Position numbers and translations under genes: made by a program. Below the pieces are notes generated by a model. It had not been told where the DNA came from and searched no databases. It was given only the letters and a program-made list of their open reading frames with translations. DNA of 63,956 nt, filler included, from Saprolegnia diclina VS20 (Eukaryota): NCBI RefSeq assembly GCF_000281045.1. It is 10 parts of 3 records of this genome, joined end to end, with 100 filler letters (N's around TTAATTAATTAA, not from the genome) between each part and the next. Parts side by side here need not be neighbours in the genome. Positions count along the whole stretch, not along the records: positions 39,935 to 53,688 come from NW_008246099.1; positions 53,789 to 55,065 come from NW_008246100.1; positions 55,166 to 59,949 come from NW_008246100.1; 7 more parts are not named here. One strand, written 5' to 3'. Of this stretch, positions 44,876 through 57,716 are shown piece by piece (the first letter of the stretch is position 1; each line of letters opens with the position of its first letter).

Positions 44876-47800
44876 CTAAAAGAGCGCAAAGTCGGCCGGC
44901 GCGTTGAGCACTTGCCAGTTGGCCGCGTACGTGGCGTAGTGTTCCCACCCGAGCGACGTGTAGAGGGCGAGACGCGCCTTGTACAACTCGCGCTGCGAAA
45001 AGTGCTTTTCGCGCTCGTCGATGGCGAGTGCATCGAGCTTTTGGAGGCGCTATTATCAATGTATCGAGTGATGATCCAGCTGCGTCCTTTGTATTACCTG
45101 CAACGCCAAGCCCGGGTGCGCCGCGTGGTGGAGCAAGCTCGCGTGCACATGCGCTGCCTCCGAGACGTCGGCCCACTGCTGCAGCGCAGTGAATACAGCC
45201 TGGAAGTCGTCGACGCCGCCCGCGGCCCCAAGCGCCCGCGCCTTGCGGCTCAGCGCATCCACGAGCGCCGCCTTCTCAGCGTCCTTGGTCTTGCGCACCT
45301 TGGCGGCCGCCGCGTCGTTCGGAAGCAGCTTGAGCCCGTAGTGGGCCGCCAGCGCATCGGCGTCAATCGCTGCGAGCACAGCGTCGGCCGCCTCGACAAC
45401 CTCGGCGTGCGCGTCGTGCTTGTAGTGATGGAGCCGCGCCTGTTGCAAAATCGTTATAGCACGTCGAAAGGTCGGTGGCGCTAGTACCTGGAGCAGGGGC
45501 AGGTGCGTCGGGTACGTCTCGTTGAGCACGGTCCAGCGGTCAAGGAACGTGTCTTTGCCCTGGAGCTTGACAACGCGCGCGACAAGAAGGTCGCGCACGG
45601 CGTCGTTCGCGAGCTCGTCTTCCGAGCGCACGTCCTATTGCTCCATCAGATGCGATTTGCGTGTAGAGTACTACCTCGGGCACCACCGCCTCGGGCTCCT
45701 TGACCGGCGTCGGCGCCGACGGCACCGTGTACGTCAGCGAAAAGCCATCGGGCTTTTGCGAGACACTAGACTCATGTCAACAATCATTGTACAATCGAAA
45801 CGATGGACGATACCCCTTGAAGTGGTTGTGCTTTTGGCCGTACGTGATCGAACCTGCCAGCGTGTCGCCGGCGGCGAGACCCTTGGGGAGCTTCTCGAAC
45901 GCCGGTTCCCCCAAAAAGACGGTCGAGTACACGCCCTTCTTGAGCGTCCTAGTCATAGAACACTTAGCAGTGCCATAAATGCTATGTGCGTACTTGGTGC
46001 CCACAGCCTTGCCGTTCGTCGACGGACCGTCCGGGCTGTCGTAGACCGTGATCGCGACGTCCTTGATGTCGCGCGTGACCGCAAGCACAGCGCTCTTCAA
46101 CCCATCGAGGATCGACGGGTCTTGGTGCCGGAGCTGCGCGCGGACCGTGTACGTGCCCTTCTTGAGCGAGATCGCGCGCGGGTACGCGTCCGAAACGCCC
46201 ATGTACTTCTTCTGCTCGTCAAACACCAAGAGCATTTGGCCGTCGAACGGCGACTCGTAGAGACGGCCATTGACCAGCGGCAGCGACGGCGTGACCTTGC
46301 CGTCCTCGGCTTGCTTGAGCGTGTACGTCAACAGCAGCTGGTACGTCTGGCGGTTTTCCGAAAATTTGTCGCGGGGACCGAGCGGCGAGACCACCGCCGA
46401 CGTCGGACGCAAACGCGTCGTCCACTTGTTGAGGGCGGCGCTGGGCGCGATCGCTTCGTTGCGCAGCGGGCAGCGCAAGTCGACGCGCGCGTACGCATCG
46501 CCACCGACCAAATGGACCTGTCATCGTGCGTCGTCTTAGAAATGAAACCGTCAACAATGTCAGAATGACATACCGCGGTCGGCGTCGGCTCGATGCCGTG
46601 AAACGCGACATCAATGTGCGCGGTCGTCCCACCAATCGAGTTCCAGTTTTGCGCCAAGCAGAGCTCGACCGTCGACGCCGCGCGAACCGGAAAGCTATGC
46701 GTCACGTCGCCCGTGCTGTCGACATACAGATAATGGTGCGTCGACGTCGCACTCTGACGCGCATGCAGCGCGTGCTGCATCAAGTGCAAGACATAGAGCA
46801 CACGGTTGGGCTCCGAGCCATCGGCACGGCGCGACACGGACACGTTCATCCACGTTGCGCCTTCGGGCACATGGTAAAACGTGCGCGCAATCGCACCGGG
46901 CACCATGGCCTTGACCTGGCTCGTCTCGGGGGCCGGCAAAATCTACAACACTGTATGGTGCATATTGCCGTTGGCATATGGATGCGATGGCTACCTCGGG
47001 CTTGACAACCGTCACGGGGATACGAAAGACGGGGCCGCGGCTCGGGTTCTCGCGGTCGTACGCAACCACTTCGCCATAGTGCGCACCGGGCGTCAAGACA
47101 GCCGTATCCACGTCGACCTTAAAGTTACGGCCTACATCCATAACGTGAGTGTCGCCGTATCCATATCCTATACGGCAGGAATACCTTGGTGCAAGAGCGT
47201 AAGGGCGTCGGCGCACTTGATCCACGGCTTGGACGGGACGAGGCGAAGATGCGTCTCGTACGCAATGCGGTCTGTGTTCTCGGCGTCCTTGTGAAACACT
47301 GGCGTCACAAACACGGCAAGGCTGTTGTCGGCAAGGTCAGCCACTTCGCGGAGGTAGATGCCACGGTCGTTGTTCCGGCTCGGTACGCGAATGTCGTGGT
47401 AGAGAGGAAACTTCTTGCTGCCGTCAAACGTGTTGGCGTGCGACACGAGGTACTCGAGCGCGGGCAGCACCTGAATGAGACCACGGCCCATCGAGAAGGC
47501 TTCGGCCGTGGGCACCGACACCGCCGTGTTCTCCAGTGCGCGGCGGAGCGAGTACGGTGTGTACGCGATGCCTTGCGCCTTGAGACCGCTAATGAGCAGC
47601 GCGACATTGCCGGCGCAATTGGGCGACGACATGGACGTGCCGTTCATGAGCATCTTCTTCGTGAGCGTCCAGTTGGGCACGGACGTGATGGCGCCACCGG
47701 GCGCGCAGACGTTGACGCCGAGGTCGCCGTCGTACGTCGGGCCGCGCGACGACCACGTGTACAGCCCGACGGCGCTCGACGGCGTGTCCTTCATCGAGTA

Positions 47801-49209
47801 CTCGGCCGCCATCATAGCCGGCGAAACGTACGCACCGACACCCAAAATGCACCCCGATGTTCCTACGCATTGTTGTGAGCTACTACGTGGTAACGGTGCA
47901 GGAGGACCGCCGGGCGCGCCGATCGTGCCGAGGGCCGGGCCTTCGTTGCCAGCGCTGCTCACAAACGTGACGCCGTGGCGGTCGACGAGCTCTTGGATCA
48001 CGTCGATTGTGCGACCGCTGTTGTGCTTGGACGCAAACTCGCCGTAGCTCATGTTGACCACGTCACACTTGTTGTCGAGCACCGCGAGCGCCCTAGAGTT
48101 TAACGATCTTTGACAAGAGCAGCATGAGGACGGTACGTACCCGCGGGCAATGCCAACGATAGTCTCCATGCTGCCGAGACGCGAGTCGCCAATCTTGACT
48201 GACACGATCTGTGCGCCGGGCGCGACGCCATTGTTCTTGGCGTCGGCAGCGTCGTACGCAGCGACGATGCCGGCCACGTGCGTGCCATGAGACCCCGCAT
48301 CGCAGACGATGCTGAGCACCTTGCCGTCGTCGTAAATGTTGAGCACGTAGTTGAGCTGCGACGCGTCACTGAACGTACTCCACTCGTGCGCGACGCGGTA
48401 GTTGGTCATCGCGTGCACGGACGTAAAGTCGCCCGACTCGGACGCGTCGACGGCCGCGCGCCAATGCGTGCCGTCGAAGAACGTGACGCAGTCGTAGATC
48501 GGACCCGGGTCCTCGAACGACGTCTTCTCGAGGAGCTCGAGGCGGGCGTGGAGGTCGAGGCGCACCTCGAGGTCGGCCGGCGTCGGCGCCGCGCCATGAG
48601 CTGCCGTCCACGCAGCGAGCGCGGTTTGGACCGCGTTCTTGGCGTCGCGGTCCGCAATGTCCCATTTTTCCTTACGCTCCGTCTTGATGCGCGCGACGAG
48701 CGGGTCGGGGTACAGATCGTACGCGCGCTTGGTACCAACGCGGAACTCGGTCGCGCTCCATGCCGGGTTGAGCGTGAGCACCTTGCCTACGCTCCAAAGA
48801 CGCATTGAGTTTTGTGGCGAGAAAGACGCGAGGGGGCGTACCGGACGCCAATGTGAGCTTGCCGTCGGTCGGCGTGAGCACGGTCGACATGTCCACGTCG
48901 CCTACATGCAGCACACGTCACATTCTACGGGCGAGATAGAAGGAAGCAGGACGTACTCGAGCCCTACACCAGAGACATGAGGATACGAGCGTGGTGGGAC
49001 GAGATGGAGCCTACCGTGGCGTCGACGACGTCGATGATCTTGCGCTTCCCGTCGGACGTGAACTGGAGGCCGGGCGCGCCGGGGTCGACGCCCGTGTCGA
49101 AGATGGCGACGACTGTGTTGCGACCGTCGTACTCGGGGTAGAGCTGGAGGAGGTGGCTCGCGAGCGTCTCGTGCTTGGGCACAATCTCTTCGGACGGCGA
49201 AAACTGCAT
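44876..49209 (-). CDS. TPP2: Tripeptidyl-peptidase II (subtilisin family S8), multi-exon
   Basis: PKHET..YPEYDGR..VAIFDTGVDPGA, SHGTHVAGI, SSAGNEGP, WSSRGP, LMNGTSMSSP; ends ..ADFALF-TAG. Confidence 0.96.
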
Positions 49210-49215
49210 GGCACG

Positions 49216-49230
49216 GGCAATCTCAAAATG
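49216..49230 (-). promoter_or_regulatory. Initiator/FPR-like core promoter CATTTTGAGATTGCC
   Basis: Identical 15-mer just upstream of the TPP2 ATG and at 52744-52758 upstream of an unrelated ankyrin gene; resembles the oomycete INR (YCATTYY) plus FPR arrangement. Confidence 0.6.
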
Positions 49231-50018
49231 GTGCCAAGTCGCCACGGCAAATCCTTGTCCGGATACTGTGCCACTGAAACTCAAATCCATTTGGTAAATG
49301 AATTGAGCTGATTGTTGAGAAGCCGTCTTTCACGCCTTTACGCTGGGGTCACCTTCGCGTCATATTCCCACGTATAACACTAGCGATGGCTTCTTTACAT
49401 GACATCGATGACGCAGTCGTTGCAGCAAATATGGCCCAACAAGCACCGAGATCGCGATACGTCTTGCGTTTGAGATTGAGAAATCATCCGGTAAACAGAG
49501 CAAACCGCAACCAGCTGGTGTACCGACTCAGAAAGCCGATGCGGCGATCCCACGCCTGAGTCTTCTTGGCTCGGACCACCGAAGCCGAGTCTCGCTAGCG
49601 GTCTCAAACTATACTATCCAATGTATAGCTATCCAAGATAGTTATGTGAGCGAGAAGACAACGATGTTGCGTAGATGATAACACTGCTACCAGCGTCTGC
49701 AGGCCGACCGCCATTGCAGTGGCATGTTGAGTTGGCGCCGTTGATGGGTGCGTAGGTCATCATCGTGGATGATGGCCTGAGGCGGGCCACGTTGGAACAA
49801 AGGCACGGTCATTTGAAGTCGTTTCTTTTGGTCAAGTCATTGTTGGCATGGTCAACGAACCTTTCACACGCATTGTCCATAGTTCTGTCCAGGACACTTT
49901 GTTAAGACCTCAACATATCCATGCTCTCCATGGATGAGAAGCATTGCTATCGGCGGGACCAACTAGCCAATAGATTTGGCATAACTTTGCGCTGTCTAGT
50001 CCTTTTACTCAATATACG

Positions 50019-50172
50019 GACGACAGAAGAGCCAGACGAGCCCCCGCGCCGCCGCCTGCGTAGCCACGGACCGGCGAGCGAATGAAGAAGAAGGAGATTG
50101 CTAGTCTCTACGTATGCGAAGCCTTTGTGTAACTATGAAGATAACGCGAAACACGCTCATATATATATATAT
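50019..50172 (+). repeat. TA-tailed dispersed repeat, copy C (shortest of the B/C/D type)
   Basis: Aligns to 59139-59276; ends in (TA)7. Confidence 0.8.
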
Positions 50173-50657
50173 ACTCGTACAAATCGTATCCAAGCCCGCG
50201 CTGAGCAAGGTCATTATTGCCCGTCAGCTTCCTGAGCCATGTTCCATGCGATTTCCCGTCGCTGCCTAGTCGCTGGCGTCTCTCGACGACCTCTGTCATT
50301 TGCATCCGTTTGAGTCAGATCGCGAGCGTCGTCACGTCAGCGCCAAGCGACAGAGAGCAAGACAAGGTCGCGCCGCGCCCAAGAACTACACTGGAACAAG
50401 TCTACAGCAGTCTCTTGTTCTGACTGATGCAATCGACCTTAGGCGAGCTTCTGGACTTGGTCGACGCATGCTGAAACTCAAAGTCAATGGCGTCGATATC
50501 TCGGGCAAGGACGGCGCGTGCAAGGTTTCGCCAGCAGCGTCCATACGCGGATCGATATGCAGGTGGTTGCATTCGAAATGCTAGGGTTGAAGATAGAAAG
50601 GCCGCAAATGCATCGAATGACATTTAGTGAGGCTAAACTACACCACTAGGCTATGAA

Positions 50658-52724
50658 TCAAACACCTACACATCGAGTTTGCGCCGTGCTGCGTTGGTCC
50701 GTCGAGCGCTTGCACTTCTTTGCGAGCAGATGCGTGAGCTGCGCCTTGAGCTCGTCGTCATGGACCAATGCGATCGCGTCTGTCGTCTTGAGATGACCAA
50801 TGGTGAGGGCCAACGCCAAGTCGATGACCTTGCCAGCCGTCAGTAATGTCGTCGCTCGCGCCGCTACGCTCGTGCAAGCGGGGTAGTTTGGTTGGCCTTC
50901 TTGCCTTGGTACGTGAGCTCGGGCGTGATGAGCTGGAGAATTGTCGAGCGGCGGCGGTCGGGCAGCGCGACAAGATCCAGAAGAAAGAGGACGTTGTCGA
51001 GAGGGTTGGTGGCGTCCATACAATACGGAAGCAAGAGCGGACTTGTCGTCACGTGCATTCGACGACCCGCAATCTCGAGGAGGCAGTCGCGCGGCTTGCC
51101 AATGCCGGCGGATAGGAAGAAGCGCGCCGCCTCCATGTCGCGGGTCTTGACTGCCGAATGAAGCAGCTCGTCGAGACGACGCAGCTCGGGGGCCCCCGCA
51201 AAAAGCACCAAGCCAAGCCCAAGCTACCAGAGCCAAACCCCGTCCGGAAGCCCACCAACCAAAAGAACTGCAAAAAAGTGCCCAAAAAAAAAGCCAACAA
51301 CGGCCAACCACCAATGCAAAACCCCGAACCCAAAAACACCAAGCCCAAACAAAACGAAAGTGCGCTCGTGGAGGAACTGGACGAGTGATGCGTTGTTACG
51401 ACTGCACGCAAAGACCATCCAGGCGTCGTCCCAAGACGCGCCGTGCTTGACCAAAAGCTGCAGCACGCCAAGGATGCAGGGCTTGCCAAAAAAAAACCCG
51501 CCCACAAATGGCATCGAGGTCGGGAACGGGTAGCCGAGAGCGAGGAGGTACTCTGCAACGTGCAGATGACATCGCTCGAGCGCTTTTTGAACGACGACGT
51601 CCCGGGCGCAGCCTTCGTGTCGGTGGGTCAAGAGGAACTGGACGACAGGGAGATTGCCATCCGCCACTGCGTTATCGACGGCGCTGACGGTCCAGTCAAA
51701 CGTGCCAAGGCTGTGCAGGTACTGAACCCTCCTTGTAGTCGCCCCCGTCAAGAACGTTGGGCGGTGCGCCTTCGGTGCGGTGCTCGATGAGGAAACGAGC
51801 GACGTCAAGATGGCCTTCAAGAATCGCGCCCTTGAGCGCCTTGACCGTGCAGCCTTCTGTGCGGTGGTTGTGGAGGAACTGGACGACGCCCAGATGACCA
51901 TTGGTGGCGGCTGCGTCCATGGCGTACGTCGAGCACGAGAAACCTCGTTCGTGGAGCGCTTGCACCAACGGCAAAAAGCCGCGGTTCGCGACATGGCCCA
52001 AAAGCTGTGGGTAGTGGAACCACGGAAAGAGGTCGAGGGCGAGCGTTGCGTGCTCGAGCGTCGACGACTCGATCGCGAGGAGCTTGTCGCCGTAGGTCAC
52101 ATCGTCAGGGCGCAGGCCAAAGCGCTGTAGCAATACCACACTCTTCGTGTCGCCATAGGTGAGCATACTCTGCACCAAACTTCCTACCGAGTACGACGTG
52201 CGCTGCGCAGAGCCATCTACATCAAAAGTAACATTCCACGCAGCCCAAGGAAGATGCAACACACCTGCCGTGACTTTGCAGCATCGACGTAGCTCGGGGA
52301 TGGCTCCTCGTAGGTCCAATAGCAGCTCGACAATCTCGAGGCGATGTTGTGAGAAGGCCAAGAGAATCGCATCTTCAGAGGCGAGGTCGGGCCGGCACCG
52401 TACGATGCGCTTCACCTCGTGCGCAGAGCCATGGACGATTGCCACGTGCAGCGGCAGGCGAGCGTCCCACGGAGAGTCATCGAGAGCATACTTCGAGGTG
52501 CGGATATCGTGATGTCCTTCACCTGCCCACGCGGCACCGGGTGCGATCGTGGAGGAGAATGACGCGTCCCAGTCGTAGCAACGGCGACGCACATCAAACT
52601 CGAGTAGCTCGTTGCAGGCGACAAAGACATTGCGTACGTCCTCATAGACGCCGAACTGGTAGCCAAAGACGATGGCCGCCATATCGGGCTGACCGATGAC
52701 GACGCTGCGGAAGGTCGCCATCAT
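50658..52724 (-). pseudogene. Ankyrin-repeat gene of a second expanded family, frameshifted or poorly sequenced
   Basis: MMATFRSVVIGQPD..., AMDAAATNGHLGVVQFLH, EGCT; frame breaks near 51725, 51220 and 50880. Confidence 0.75.
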
Positions 52725-53221
52725 GCGTCCTCTCGTTGCAAACGGCAATCTCAAAATGCACCGAACGTTACCCGGGGTGATTATCCAGATACGTTGCGTC
52801 CCAGCAGCTTGGATTTGAAGCTGCTTTGACTTGGTAATGTGGCAGCATATACTTATGACGCCTCTGCGAGGATACGCATTGTACGAACAACGTCCAGCGA
52901 CTGGCCATGATCTGTTTGATAGACTACAGTTCACAACAACGAGCAAGACGACCGAGATACTGCCTGCGCTTGAAAAGCCCAAAGGTTGCACCAACGTTCT
53001 TTCGTGGTGAAGCTAAAGCTCATAATCTAGTGGTCATAACTTACAGGTGAAGGATGGAAGAAAAGGGGTAGGAGGGTACCAAGGTTTATGTCGTGTGTTG
53101 TGTAGCAATTGTGTGTTGAAGAGTCGAAATGGCGGCAGCTTCAACATACACTATATCTAGACGTTTCGAGGTCCGTTCGCCCAGGACATGCATTTAGTGT
53201 GAAAGATGGGTTGGCGCTTCT

Positions 53222-53462
53222 CACCGATCCACAGCTCTGGCGCGCTCGGCCCGATCGTGCTGGGTACGTCGCTTTGTTTCCATCCAGCCAACTCACAGAA
53301 AATGGCCTCGTGCACTGTCAGCGGCAAGTGGGCTTTGATCGACCAAGGCCGTTGAAGCCTTTGGTACGCCTTGTCATGGCCACTGGACGACTTGCAACTC
53401 GTGGCTAGCCGCCAAAACTTCCTTCTAGGAGACGTCGCGCGTGCTTGCAGCCATAAAGGGAC
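53222..53462 (+). pseudogene. Degenerate fragment of the RAD51C 5' exons and introns
   Basis: Aligns to 31197-31473 (GCGCTCGG, TGGGTACG, TCGACCAAGGCCGT.GAAGC, TGGCTAG, CAGCCAT.AAGGG). Confidence 0.7.
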
Positions 53463-53789
53463 TCACGACGTCGTGTCTTTGTGAGTTAACGCCTAGCATG
53501 TTCCTACATGTATATACGTATCAAAGACTCGTATCTCGAACTAGATTGCGAGGTGGTTAGAGAGACGGCACGCGCATCACGCCGTCGACCATAGCTTTGG
53601 GAAAGCACGCGTCGATACCGTCATTCCACCAATCTTGAGTGTCGACGGAGGTGTTCGCAGGCCCAAGTGTTTGCAAGTAGCGCAGTACNNNNNNNNNNNN
53701 NNNNNNNNNNNNNNNNNNNNNNNNNNNNNNNNTTAATTAATTAANNNNNNNNNNNNNNNNNNNNNNNNNNNNNNNNNNNNNNNNNNNNC

Positions 53790-54379
53790 ACCTGCCTCCT
53801 TCCCACGCGGCCCGACCACGCCCTGCCGCGCTACGCTGACTTCATGTAGAGCATCGTGCTGGGCACCATCGCAGTCCGCACCCGGCTTAACTTCCTGGGT
53901 GAAGACGCCCAAGGTTGTCTGGTCTGTGGTGCTGCCGAGACGTACGAGCACTTACTGCTCCGCTACGAAGTGCGCTGGAACTGGAACTCCGCACGACGCT
54001 ATACGCGCTCTTGTTTGAGCCGCTGGTGACGGCTTACCACTACCGCCGACGCGCGGTCGACATGATGAGGCCGATCCTACGAGCCTGTGTGCTGCACAGT
54101 GTCTGGCTCGCCCGAAAAGACCGTGTTTTCCGTCCCGAGGCGCCCGCCGTGACGCCCGAAGCGGCCGCTACCCGCACCACGTTCTTGACCAAGCTACATC
54201 TTCACCACTTGATGCTGAATACCCAAACGATGTGCCTCTTCCACATGATGCACGCCCTGCGCCACGACGCCTGGCTTCGTGACCACCTCGTCCCCGCTTG
54301 CGCCATCCATACTAGTGCGCCTCGCCTTCAACACGGCCAAGCCTCGCCGCTGCAGCCGTCGAGCACCAAAATCAGTTGA
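53790..54379 (+). mobile_element. Degenerate L1/Tx1-like LINE 3' fragment
   Basis: LPRYADFM*SIVLGTIAVRTRL, then PILRACVLHSVWLARKDRVFR and HALRHDAW; homologous to 14907-15323. Confidence 0.75.
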
Positions 54380-55165
54380 GTGTAAATTTTCTCTGAATAT
54401 ACTCACTTCAATAACAATGCATTTGATTGGTCCAAATGATATCCCGAAGTCTCGTCATCCACTCGTTGACGAGAGATGCTCGACGAGGACGAAACGCCGT
54501 CACGGCCGTCCGTGCGCGAAGCCTGTGTGAGCCCCTAGCTTTCAACTAGTTGCTAATCTCGACACTTTTTATAATATGAAAAGCGTAGCTATCACCCAGC
54601 TGGCTATCACCCACCGAGTGTCTTCATGATGTGGCAAATTGACATGGATGCGCCGTTGCAGCTCCCCCTTGCCACACTTTGCGTTGCTTTGCACTTATAG
54701 AACGTGAGCCAATCCAAAATCGGGCAGAAATTAAATGCAACGGCCAAGAATCTAAGGCACCAGCTGAACGCTGTGGGAGCACTCGACCTTGGCACACGTC
54801 ATCGCTGCAGGCTGCTAGCGTGATGAATCAGTTCAGCGCCTGCATTCGCTGTGCGCGGCCGGGAAGCTTGCTGCAGCAGCTGTACCGGCACCTCACCCAC
54901 ACCTCATCTTGCCGAATGTCAAGTCGAACCCAGAATGGTGGACCGATCGTCGAACGTCCACCAACAGTTCAATTCCTCGAACGCATCCCCGGCGACATAG
55001 CTTTCACACTACAGCGCCAACTCCCACTGGTAGTAGACGCTTCGATTTTTGTACGGCTTGAGTGGNNNNNNNNNNNNNNNNNNNNNNNNNNNNNNNNNNN
55101 NNNNNNNNNTTAATTAATTAANNNNNNNNNNNNNNNNNNNNNNNNNNNNNNNNNNNNNNNNNNNN

Positions 55166-57716
55166 CTTGCGCGTCACGCCGTGCGAGCCCAGGTGCAGCA
55201 GGCTCTCGAGCGACGCGACCCAGCAGCGCGTCGTCGGTCGCTGTCGGGGGCGCGTTGACGCGGCGTGAGGCAAAGTCGTCTTGGCTTCTGAGGTCCTCGT
55301 CGTAGCTTCGCTTGGAGTAGAGCTTGGTAGATGTGGATGCCGGGCGGCGGCTTCGCCGCGTCGGTTTGGTCTGGCGACAATCCAGCATCGTCTGGCGGCC
55401 AATCACATCGTCGAATGGAGCGTGCGCGCACGGTGATTGGTGCAGGCGTGGCGCTACGGGTTTGAATATGAAGCATCTTGGCTCGGGTTGATAGTCCAGG
55501 AGCGCCGTCGGAATATAGCGATTGCAATCGTTATATGGCTCTGCGCTCTCGCCTATCTTGTGGGTCTCATGACGCCCTCACATACCGGTACCCAGGCGGC
55601 TGGCTTTCCTCAGACGACACAAAAAGCGTACTACTTGTGTGTGGAGAGCAACCATGGGATTCGACTTAAGCTTATCATTTCCTTTGACTCGAACGGACGG
55701 GGTCAATCCAGTCATCGCGACGCTCAAGCGAGTCGTTGCCGACTGCGGCGCCGCGTCCTTGGCATTAAACTCCGACACCGTGCAGCTGCGCTCATCACAC
55801 CAAGCGTTCTGGCGGTGCCAAGTAGAGAAAGCAATCGACGATGCCGTGTGCGCGGACACTGGGCTTGGAGACACGCCGAGGGTCCATGCCAAGGAGTGTC
55901 GTGACTGGTAGAGCGACCTTAGCGACAAGCTACGGCATTCAACAAAACGCAAAGATGTGCTTGCTGGACGCACAAGTTCTTTGCTTCTTGCATCTTGCCA
56001 GATACGAAGCAGAAGTTTGTAGCAAGTTGCAATCACGGTGATGTAAAATGGATGGGACGGGCATCTCCTTTGGTTGCGACTGTCGAGAAGCCCGAGGCTG
56101 CTTGAAACACAAAATCTGAGCTGCTCTTCGCGCGTTTCTGCATCGGTACTCTGAGCATGTGCGCTGCTTCGCAGCTCGTTCCTACCATTCCGCGCCCGCG
56201 TTTACTGTAACGTTAGCGCCATGCGCCATCAAATGCTCGTGAAAGAGTTTTTCGTCGCTGACTGACGAGAAGCACCCGGTTGAATACATTTCAATGCCTC
56301 CAGTCATCTAATGAATGAATCCAACACCCGTCGAGGCACCCTGCAACATTTGTTGTGGTCGAGCCGCGCGCGAAGGCCGGATTCCTGCTGTGCCCAGTTT
56401 TGCCTCCGTTTGCCGAATCTCACACCACCCATGCGCTTTGTTGCAAAGAATGGGCATGCCCCAAACTCTGTGCGTCCTGCTTACCTGACCCTACAGGCGG
56501 GCATGACGCTCGCCTGGTGGCCAATCAAACTTGACCATGTAAATTAGACGCACGTGATTGGTGAAAATAGTATCCAGAGTGAAGGCCGTGTGGAATCACA
56601 AAAGACGATACCGCTGTTGCTGGGCTGCCGATTCCTCGTTGGGTCCACCAGGCACACTACGCCGAACGAAGCGACGCACTCATCGAAAAGGTGTTTGCAT
56701 TCTAGTTCAGTGGCGCTCTATGACCTCGGTGATAGGAAGTGTACCGACATCGCCGTCCAGTACAAAGCACCACGCAGCAGAGCCACTCGGATTCTAATCA
56801 CGGAATTCCATCGCTGCGTCTTGGGGGTCTCGGGGGTGCCATGGGTAAGGGCAACCAGCCCCACGTTGGTGGAGCTATTACCTGGCGAGGAATGACATCG
56901 CCAGGAAAGCTGCTTGCAACGCGTGTACAGACCAAGAGCAACGCCACGACCACAGAAGTTGACAGCAGACCGCCCTCTTCAATAATAGCACACGCAATCA
57001 GCTGAACGCTGTAGTACGATGCTTACTGCTCCGGCCAAACTCACGTCAGAATCAACGACTGCGGGTCCCATATTCACGACGCATCTGTCGCACGCGATTA
57101 CGTGTGCTGGGTGCTACGTGCATGCAACTTCCGACCACTTGCCCCATTGGAGTCATTCTCATCTCGTTGTTGTTGAAGTGAGTCTATTTAGATATAATTT
57201 ACACTGAACTGTTTTTGGGGGGTGGACTTTCGATTCAGAGCGTGTTGTGCTAGACGGCANNNNNNNNNNNNNNNNNNNNNNNNNNNNNNNNNNNNNNNNN
57301 NNNNNNNNNNNNNNNNNNNNNNNNNNNNNNNNNNNNNNNNNNNNNNNNNNNNNNNNNNNTTGCGCAGTGCTACTGCTAAGTCTCTTAGAAGGTGCACCTG
57401 CTTTGACAGAGTGGCGCTGCCAGTGCAAACCAAATTTATTGGCCTTGCGCGTCACGCCGTGCGAGCTTAGGTGCAGCATGCTCTCGAGCGACGGGACAGC
57501 ATGTCGTTGGTCGCTGTCGGGGGCGCGTTGACGCGGCGTGAGACAAAGTCATCTTGGCTTCTGAGGTGCTCGTCGTAGCCTCGCTTGGAGTAGAGCTTGG
57601 TAGAGGTGGATGCCGGGCGGCGGCTTCGCCGCGTCGTTTTGTCTGGCGACAATCCAGCATCGTCTGGCGGCCAATCACATCGTCGAATGTAGCGTGCGCG
57701 CACGATGATTGGTGCA
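55166..57716 (+). repeat. ~275-bp direct repeat (55166-55444 and 57444-57716) ending in an inverted CCAAT pair
   Basis: Direct alignment with scattered substitutions and small indels. Confidence 0.85.

Noticed and set aside
45522..48808. Long antisense ORFs over TPP2, and likewise over centrin, nucleoredoxin, ankyrin and ABC genes
   Set aside because: Expected shadows of GC3-rich coding sequence.
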